Assembly (NCBI RefSeq): GCF_000372725.1
Contig: NW_005201392.1
Coordinates: 1,121,184 to 1,185,183 of the forward strand
DNA from: Emiliania huxleyi CCMP1516
Taxonomy: Eukaryota
Reading direction: 5' to 3'
Length of the DNA: 64,000 nucleotides
In this document: piece after piece, positions 47,998 to 56,845 of the stretch
Layout: each line of letters opens with the position of its first letter
Position numbering within the stretch: the first letter of the stretch is position 1
Program-made: the position numbers and the translations under genes
The notes under the pieces: generated by a model
Databases searched by the model: none
What the model was told of the DNA's origin: nothing
Seen by the model: only the letters and a program-made list of their open reading frames with translations

Positions 47998-50121
47998 GCC
48001 TGCGTAAGTCCCCCCGCACTTCGCCGCCGCCGCCGCCCGGCATCGGCGAGCTCTCCACGGAGCGCTTCCGGTGCGAGCCGCCAGACACGCTCGGGTCGAG
48101 TCCTGGCCACGCTCACCCCAACCCCCACCCCTCCCCCCCCCCCCAACCTCCGGCGCCAGGTACGCCCTGCCCGCCTCCCTCATCGCGTCGCACCCGGCAG
48201 AGCCGCGCGGCTCCTCGCGCCTCCTCCTGCACCTGCCAGCGCGTGCCGCCGCACCGCGCCTCGCCGACGAGGTGCGCGGCGGCGCGGAGCGGCGGGTGGC
48301 CGGCCGAGGGGGCGGCGGCGGCCTGCTTCCGTCGGGCGGTTGTGCCGTCGACTTGGCGTTCGCCGACCTGCCGGCGCTGCTGCCACGCGGCGCGCCTCTC
48401 CTCGCGCCAGTCCCGAGGGCGTCCGGCCCGTCGGCACGCCCACGACGCAGCGTGCCGGCCGCACGCCCCGCAGGCGCGCACCTCGTCTTCAACCAGTCGC
48501 GCGTCTTTGCCGCGCGGGTGCACGCCTCGCTGCTCGGTGCGGGAGCGGGGAGGGGCACGCCCGCGGAGGAGGCCGCCGCCCGCGCCGTCGAGGTGCTCTT
48601 CCTCGCGCCGCTCTCGCACGCCGACCCGAGCGGCGCCCTCTCGAGCCCCGCGCCGGGGCAGCTGTGGCGCGCCATGGCGCGAGAGGTAGCCGAGAGAGAA
48701 GCCGAGGTGTAGCCGGGGTGAAGCCGAGGTGTAGCCGAGAGGTGTAGCCGAGAGGTGTAGCCGAGAGGTGTAGCCGAGAGGTGTAGCCGAGAGGTGTAGC
48801 CGAGAGGTGTAGCCGAGAGGTGTAGCCGAGAGGTGTAGCCGAGAGGTGTCGAGAGGTAGCCGAGGCGACCTCTCCTCGACACGTCCACGACATGTCCATG
48901 GCAGGTGCGTGCGCCGCTCGAGGTGAGCGGCGCGCGGCTCACAGTCGCGCCGCCGGGCGCCGCGGCCTCGCTCGATCTCGAGGTGGAGGCGGTCCTCGCC
49001 CCTTGGATCGAGCAGGGCGAGCGGGACGGAGTCGAGGCTGCCGTGCGGCTGTCGCTGCCTCCGGACAGCCACCCCGCCACCCCGTCGCCGCCGCTCTCGT
49101 CGCTGCCGCTCTCATCGCTGCCGCTCTCGTCGCTGCTCGGCTTGCTCGGAGAGACGCCGCTGCCGCCGTACCTCCAGCGCGAGGCGACGCCGCAGGACGA
49201 GGAGAGCTACCAGACCGTGTACGCACAGAGCGAGCAGACGGGCTCCGTCGCCGCGCCGACGGCCGGCCTGCACTTCACCGAGCCGTTGCTCGAGGAGTTG
49301 CGCGCGCGCGGCGTGTGCAGCTCCTCGCTGACACTGCATGTCGGCGCCGGTGCCTTCCGAGCACGCGGCGGCGGACGCCCCGCCGCTCGCTCTTCCACCC
49401 CCCCCCCCCCCCTTCCCTCCCCACCTCACAGGAACCTTCAAGCCGGTGACGGCGCCAACCCTGGCGGGGCACGACATGCACGCAGAGCCCTTCTCCATCA
49501 GGTGCAGGCTATAGCTCGGCTCAATCTCGGCTGCCTCTCGGCCGTCCTCACGCCCCCGAGCCCTTCTCCACCAGCGCGGACGCGCTCGGCGCGCTCGCCC
49601 TGTCCGCGGCGGAGGGCCGCCCGATCGTGCCGGTCGGGACGACGAGCGTGCGCGTGCTCGAGTCCGCCTACTGGCTCGCCGCCAGAGCCGCGCCCGACCC
49701 CAAACCCAGCGGCGCTACACTCGACGGCGCCTCGCAGCGCGCAGCGCCGCTCTGCTCACACGCCTCGCCCGCGCGAGTAGGCGATTTGGGCCGCCTCGGG
49801 CAGTGGGACGCATACAACTTGTCCGCCGCCGCGCCGCCCCCGTCCCGCCTCGAGGCGCTGACGACTCTGCACGGGCTAGCCGAGGCGGCGGGCGGCCGCC
49901 TCTACGGCGCGACTTCGCTGTGCATCGCGCCGGGCTACCGGTTCGCCCTCTGCGACGGGATGGTGACCAACTTCCACGCGCCCGACTCGACGCTGATGCT
50001 GCTCGTCTCGGCCCTCCTCGGCGGGGCCGACAACGCCCGCGAGGTGTACGAGCACGCCGTCCGCCGCGAGTACCGATTCCTCTCGTACGGCGACTCGTCT
50101 CTCCTCCTGCGCGCGCGTTGA
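47992..50121 (+). CDS. queA: S-adenosylmethionine:tRNA ribosyltransferase-isomerase (QueA), multi-exon, no own ATG
   Basis: [127 protein letters not shown]. Confidence 0.93.
48690..48862. repeat. Intronic 13 bp tandem repeat (GCCGAGAGGTGTA)n
   Basis: About 10 perfect units plus degenerate flanking units inside a QueA intron. Confidence 0.95.
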
Positions 50122-50345
50122 TGCTCTCGAAATCGCATGCGCGAGAGAGGTGCCCTCGCATTCGATCTTTTCCATGCGACAACAAGCGGAGAGCCGCGCT
50201 GCGGTTGTGCGCCGGAGACTCACAGTACACAGACTCAACGAAGGAGAAAGAAGGCTTGTTAGAAGGGCGGCGTACGGGGAACGGGGTGTGGAGGGTGAGT
50301 ACTGAGTTGGGACCAGGATTCGACCCCTTTTTACGGGGTAACTTA

Positions 50346-50893
50346 GGGGGTGCACAGCGCCCCAAAATCCACCAGTGTGGGATTTCGCGCAATCGCTTGA
50401 CTCTGAATAGCTCGCTATGTACCTTTCTGAGCGCTGTGATCGCCGCAGACTGGCTCCGACTTGACGGCGGCATGGAGACGTGATGCCTCCATGCCGCCGT
50501 CAAGTCGAAATCGACATGCAGCTCGATGGTTTGCCCGAAAAGGTACATAGCGGCGTTTGGTCGACAAACAGCGCTGCGACCGCGAAGTGGCGGTGGACAT
50601 GCTCCCATGTTGCCGACGCGGCGCCGGAGTGGCCGGCGCTGCTCGCCGCGACCACGACGGCTACTCTGATGCTCCGGGCCGACCCGTCCTACCCGACGGT
50701 GGCACTCTTCCACGTCTCGCTCACGCTGAGAAAAATTCTGAAACGGCGTGCAGCAGAGTCACCGACGAGTCGGTCCGCGTGACTCCTCGTGTCCCGTACC
50801 GTTCTCACACATCCATAAACTCACTTTGGCCTCACTGAAGCGATGCCTCAATCCTGAATCCTCAGATTTTAGATTGGGACGCTGTGCACCCCC
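50346..50893. mobile_element. MITE with ~20 bp TIRs flanked by TA and an internal perfect hairpin
   Basis: ta|GGGGGTGCACAGCGCCCCAA ... TTGGGACGCTGTGCACCCCC|ta. Internal 21 bp inverted repeat at 50457-50507. Confidence 0.8.
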
Positions 50894-51630
50894 TACGCGG
50901 GTAAGGTACATGGTAAGGTCACGGCCAAAAGGGTGGGGGGGGCGGTGAGGCGGCCTGCTCGACGGGTGTGGGGGGGTATGGTCAATCGCTAGGGGTAGGT
51001 AGGTAGAAAGAAGAACAGACAGGAATCGCTGCAGCCGCCGTACACTCTACACAGCCGCGGCGACGATGCCGACGCTCGAGCGCCGCTTCAATACTGTCGC
51101 GGGCCTTCTCGCCGCGACGCCGCCTCGACTTCGGCTCCTGGACAGCTCGCTGCCAGACGACGCCGAGCGCGCCGCTGAGCGCTGTGCGCAGCTGCTGCGC
51201 TGGTACGCTTGCGTCGTGCATCGCACAGCTCGAACCTAACACGACGGTTACTGTACGCGCTCGTGTGGTGGGGTGGGGGGTGGGGCGCGGCTAGATTTCA
51301 TGGCGGGCCGCCTAGGCCCTGGGGTCGGAGTCAGATTCGGTTGGGTGGCCGCGCAGGGCGCGGGCTTCGCTGCTTTCGGGGGCGGTCAGGGAGGGGTCGG
51401 GGCGCTGCGGGGGAGCGCGAGGCGGTTCGGGCCTCCTGGGCCACCCGAGAGGCTTCAGCATCTGGGTGCGGCGGCGGCGGGAGCTCGGGCAGGTTGCGGT
51501 CGGTAGGAGCTGGGAGGCATTCGCGAGGCGGTGGCAGCCGCGCGAGAAGGGCCGGCGGGGAGCTCGGCCCCCCACACGGCCATCGCGGAGTCTCGCCCGA
51601 TCGCGGGAGCAAAAGCTGATCGGGTGAAGC

Positions 51631-53793
51631 ATGCCGGACGATCTGCCCGCCGTCGTCAAGTGGGGAAAGCAGCGCTTCACCGGCGTCCGCCTCCGTGGAG
51701 GGATGCCGGTCGCAGAGCTCAAGCGGGCGCTGCAAGCGTTGAGCGGCGTTCCGCCCGAGCGCCAGAAGCTCCATGGAAGGGAGCTCTCCCAGACAGCGGC
51801 GTGCTCGGCGAGGTTCTCGCTCTCAAGCCTGGGCAGACCGCGCTGACGATCATGCTCGTGGGCGCCGCCGACGAGGCTCCAGCCGCTCCAGCTGAGCCGA
51901 CAACTTTCACAGAGGACCTGACGCCTGCGGAAGCCGAGGCGGCTGGTGCGGCCGCTGAGGCGGCCGCCATGGCTGCCGCGGAGGGCATGATCACCGCGCT
52001 GCAGCTGCCGCCCTCCGAGCGCGCCGAGAGCGTGGGCGCGCCGATGTCGAGCCTGCCGGTCAAGTACAGCTTTCTTGTGCACGGGCTCGCGCAGGATCAG
52101 ATCGAGGAGTCGCTGCGCAGGAGGCGCGGGTCGCGGGGCGGCGCCCTCCTCGACGTGTGCGCGATGACCCTCGGCCACGAACTCGGCAAGGCGTACGTCA
52201 ACGCGATCGCGACCCTCGCGGACGGCACCCTTGCGAGCGGCCTCGACAACGGCCGCATCGCGCTCTGGAGGCACGGCCGGCGGGTCAAGGAGGCGGTGCA
52301 CGCCTCGCCGAGCGCACCCTCCCCTAGATGCTGACTCCAGGGCTCGCAGCCCTCGTCTCCGCGTGTGGCGCTCTGAGTACACTGCCGTATTCACGCGCGC
52401 GCGCCCTTGACGCCGGCTCTGGTGCGCACACGACGCCAGCTCTGGTGCGCCCATGACGCAGGCGCTCCTCGGCGGGCGGCCTGAGCCGGTGACGTGCCTC
52501 GTCGCGCTGCCGCGGGGCTGCAGCCGCGGCGCCGACCTCGCCTCGGGGTCGGAGGGCAGCGTGAGGCTGTGGGCGGCCGGCGAGTGTGTCGGGACCATCG
52601 TGGCGCCGCCTGGCACGGCACCCGCCTGCATGGCCGCGCTGCCCGCCGCTGCGGCGGGCGCTGGGCCCTCGTCTGGACCCTGCCTGGCGGTCGCCTTTCA
52701 CCAGGCTCGCCCCTTCGACCCGGCCGCGTTTCGGCTCGTGCCGCAGGGCGAGGAGCAGCGGCGGCGGCGCGCAGAGGCGCTCGCCGCGCAAGCTGCGCAG
52801 GCGGCCGCGTTTGAGCGAGTCGCGGCCTCGGTCACCGTTGCCAGTCTGCGAGCCGAGAGCCCGGGAGCCGTACAGCCATCGGTGTCGGTGCTGGGGCTTG
52901 CGGGCGGCGCCGCCCGCGTCACGGCGTTCGGATGTCTCCCGCGCGCACCTCCAGCGGCCGACGGACTGGCCTGCGGAACAGCGGACGGAGCGCTCAGGGT
53001 CTGGGTTAGGACAGGCGGCGGCGGCGACGACGCAGTCTGGCGGTGCGAGGAGCATCTCGCTCTGCGATTCGGCGGCGGCGCAGCTGCTACGATCGCGTGC
53101 GTGGAGCCGCTCACCGCGCAGCTTGGCCTGCTCTCCTAGATGCATGATCGATCCAGACGTCCCGGGTATCGCTCGTGAAATCTCCCACTCGAGATTCCTC
53201 CCTGGTATACAGATCCGTGTATTCCAACCTGCACTCGAGGAAGACACGCGTTCAGCTGTGCTCAGCCGTACTCACCGTCTTCGTAGCCCTTCTTTTCGGT
53301 GCTCTACGTGACACATGACGTTGGTGTGTTCAGTGCAGGCTTGCTCGCCGTCTCCTGCCTCCACGACGAAGGGGGGAGTGCGGGGGAGGGTGTGGAGCCG
53401 CACGGCAGTGGCGCGTCGCTCCTGCGGGTTCCTCTCCCTGCGCACGGCGGCGCGGTGGCTATCCTCGACGTGGCGAGGAGTGCAGTCCTGGCGACGCTTG
53501 ACGCGCATACCGACGTGGTGCGCTGCATGTGCGCACTGCCGGACGGGGGCCTGGCGACAGGGGGAGGCCCACAGGATCGCAGCGTGCGTGTGTGGGCGAG
53601 GTCGCAGTGGGAGGACCAGCCGCGGGAGGAGCGGGGCGGCGACGCGGTGCCCGTGCGGCGTGAGGCGACGCAGACCCTCTCCGCCCCGGGCTACGTGTTC
53701 GCCCTGGCGGCGCTGCCGGACGCCAACCCCGGAGGATCGAAGCTCTTTGCGCTGGCGTGCGCGAGGTACAACACAGTTAGGATCTGCTTGTGA
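51631..53793 (+). CDS. Ubiquitin-like domain (UBP6/USP14-type N-terminus) + WD40-repeat protein; apparent frameshift near 51770
   Basis: VVKWGKQRF..LSGVPPERQKL / WKGAL..TIMLVG..EPTTFTEDLT; WD40s VNAIATLADGTLASGLDNGRIALW, LACGTADGALRVW, AHTDVVRCMCALPDGGLATGGG..DRSVRVW. Confidence 0.75.
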
Positions 53794-55932
53794 GGCGTTG
53801 TGCATATTTCTTTTTTGCTCGACAAAGATCTCGCCGATCGTGGCGTAGCCCAAGCTGCAGAACATGTGCAGGGGCCAGCGCCTACACTTTATGAGTGTAT
53901 GTGAGACGTGCGCTCAAGGAGTGAGGCGCGGAGCGCGCCCCGAAGGAAACTTTGAGGGTTGTGGAGGCGGAGGGCTAGATGCGATTTCTATTAAGAGTTT
54001 GACTCACACGCTGGAACCACTCGACTCACACGCTGGAACCACTCGGCCCACCCACAGGCCCAATCTCAAGTGGTGGCGCTCCGCACCTACCCAGCGGCGC
54101 GCTCTGCGCGTGTGCTTTCCAGCGGCGCGCTCCGCGCGTGCTCTGCGGCAGTGCTACTGCATCTTCCGCAGCTCCAGCAGGTATCCAGCAGTGAGTTCAC
54201 CGCCAGTTATCTGCGCCTCCGTTCGTCGCTCTCGTGCTTGATCGTCAGGCCGTGCTCTCACGTCCGCCGGAGCTACCTCGGCTATCGGCCACCATTTTGA
54301 CCGCGCAAGATATAAAGGGTGGCCTAAGGGCTCTGCTCGCAAGGCGCCCGCGTCGCAGACGCGGTACCATTGACAAATCTGGCATATCCGCGGTCCACAA
54401 GTTTCTCCGAGACCTCGGGAGGGGCAGGTATTCACACCTCGGCAGTGTGGTTTGGGCAGGGCAGGGCAGTGTGGGTTTCACACCCGGGGCAGGTAGGGGA
54501 TCGGGCAGGGCAGTTGTGCGGCAGTGTGCGGGCAGGGCAGTACGGTAGGGCAGGGCAGGGCAGTTGGGGTCATAATTGCAGGACTGAGATTCGGGATCTC
54601 AGGTGGTGAAAAAAAAGGGGAGACAATTGCTGTGAACATGCAATTTAGATAACAATCTCAATGAGATGTGTGAATAGGACGGCCGATCGACGAATTACAC
54701 GCGCGAGCTTGCGAGCTCATCTGCATCTCAATCGAATCTCAGGGGGGCGCCGTGTGTATAAGGGTCGCGTGACACTGCGGTTTATCTATGCCAACTACTG
54801 TACACGAGTGGATTGCCGAAACGGACTTGGTGTTCTTCATACCCGGCTTCAGGGTTGACACTTGCCGGTAGAAAACCGTCCTCTTGGCGGAGTCCTCGCC
54901 CGTTCGGCCGGTATTAGACTTGCGAGGACGTGGATTTCCCCAAGGTCGCTACGCACTTCGATGACAAATATGATACCGCCCTCGCTCGCATTCGGGCCCT
55001 CGAGGTCAAGATGCATGAGCTCGAGACAGAGGTTCATCAGCCTGTGGAGTGGCCCGAATTCACCCGCAAGCGCAAGGCGGTGCGCAAGTGATTAGGGCAT
55101 CGGCCGTCTCTCGCCCGCCTAGTAATCGTCCCAATTCACAAAGCCATAGATCATCTGCTCTGTCCACACCTCGAGTGCGTGTAATACTTTAAAGAAGAGA
55201 TCCTTTGGCATCCCGCCCGCCATTTGTCTATCATACACAGTTAGCATAAGGGTTAGGGTTGTAATCAGAACATACGTACGTCCCTTTCTCATCTGTGAAT
55301 AAGCGAGATAAGTTTAGGGTTACAGTGTCGGAGCTATCAGGATGGGGGCTTGGATTAGGGTTACACACTGGTGACAAGCCGTGTCAGGGGGGTATGACAC
55401 TGGATGCGCCTGGACGTGTCCCGGACACCCCCCTCCCCGAGACGTGTCCAGGACAGGACCGTGCCCGGGCCTGACCTGTCCGGTCGTACGCATATCCCCC
55501 CACACGAGCAAATAGCAAAATCCGAATACCGTGCAGAAACCATGTGATCTGCGCCGTGCAAGCCTTCAGCTGGTGCCAAGACGTTTTACGGGAGCACTGC
55601 AGCAACCAACCAGCCGGGGGCTATTGCAACATATATGGAGAGCCTCCTGCGTGACCTCCGGGACGCGCGCGACGCCTGCAACAAGCTAGCTGCCTTTTGA
55701 CGATGCGCTGCGCGACAAGATAGCTGCCGAACTGGATCGCATCGAGGCTGGGGCAGGGGCGGCTCAGGATCACAGACATCCCTCTCAGGATCACAGCACC
55801 GGCGGGGGCGCGCCTCAGGATCAAGCACCCACGGCAGGGTCTGTGAGGATCAGCAGACCTGGAGGGGGCGCGCTGAGGATCATAGGCCTGAGAGGGGTGC
55901 TGTCAAGATCACAGGGCTGCAAAGGGTGGCAC

Positions 55933-56027
55933 TGATAGAGGGCAAAAAGATCGATTGCGCTCTTGCCGATCCGCACCTACCTAGGCTCTTGGGTGGCGCG
56001 CCCCAGCTCTTCACAACGAAACTGGTT
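55933..56027 (+). repeat. 95 bp dispersed repeat, copy 2
   Basis: Matches 43194-43288. Confidence 0.9.
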
Positions 56028-56044
56028 ACCTCCCCAACCCACCG

Positions 56045-56845
56045 ATGATAGGCCACGCACTCCGGCACGCCGCTGCAGCGTGCTTTCTGCTGCCGCTGCT
56101 GCTAACTCTCCTCTTGACGAGCCCAGAGCAGCTATCTGCCATTAACGACACCGATCGTGCTGCCGTTGCGCTCTTCAACTACATCGGCGACGCCTCCTTC
56201 GCATTGACTGGCGCGCTTGCCGCGGGCGAGGAGGGAATGGATCTCATGGGCTGCCTTGTCGTCGGCTTCGTCACAGCGCTCGGAGGCGGCACCTTTCGAG
56301 ACATTGTGCTCGGGCGGACACCAGTCTTCTGGCTCACCGCGTGGGACGAGGCCGCACTAGCGCCCATGGTGAGCGGCCTCGCTTTTTTCTGCTGGCCGGC
56401 CGTTGCCCGCCGGTTGCGCTTGACCACTGAGGACGAGTGGCTCTTCTGGACCGACACCGTCGGGCTCGGCGCATTTGCGGCGAACGGCGCCTACGTCGGG
56501 AGCAGCGTCAGCCCTCGGAGCCCGCACGTCGGCGGCGCGGCGCTGTGTGGCATGTTCACCGCCACCTTTGGCGGCCTGACACGCGACGTCCTCCTCCGCC
56601 GCCCCGTGCGGATCCTGCACTCGCACGCCGAGATCTACGCCGCGCCGGCCCTCCTCGGCGGTGCCGCGACCGCCCTCTGGCTCTCGGCGGCCCCGACGCA
56701 GGTCGAGCAGGCGCTGCTCCTAGGCCTGTGGCTGACGATACAGGTGCGGGTGCTCGCTCTCAACCGCGGTCTCGCGCTGCCAACCTTCGCCGCCCGGGGT
56801 ACGAGCACTCTTCCGCTCTCACCAGCGCCGTACGACTCTGCTTAA
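56045..56845 (+). CDS. TRIC/UPF0126 (YadS-like, glycine-transporter family) membrane protein, intronless
   Basis: IGDASFALTGAL.A...MDL.G.LVVGFVTALGGGTFRD.VLG..PVFW; DTVGLGAFA..G; TATFGGLTRDVL....P.IL...EIYA. Confidence 0.9.
   Translation: MIGHALRHAAAACFLLPLLLTLLLTSPEQLSAINDTDRAAVALFNYIGDASFALTGALAAGEEGMDLMGCLVVGFVTALGGGTFRDIVLGRTPVFWLTAWDEAALAPMVSGLAFFCWPAVARRLRLTTEDEWLFWTDTVGLGAFAANGAYVGSSVSPRSPHVGGAALCGMFTATFGGLTRDVLLRRPVRILHSHAEIYAAPALLGGAATALWLSAAPTQVEQALLLGLWLTIQVRVLALNRGLALPTFAARGTSTLPLSPAPYDSA

Noticed and set aside
48690..48862. Regular repeats as a possible CRISPR array
   Set aside because: Head-to-tail 13-mers with no spacers, inside a eukaryotic intron, and no cas genes
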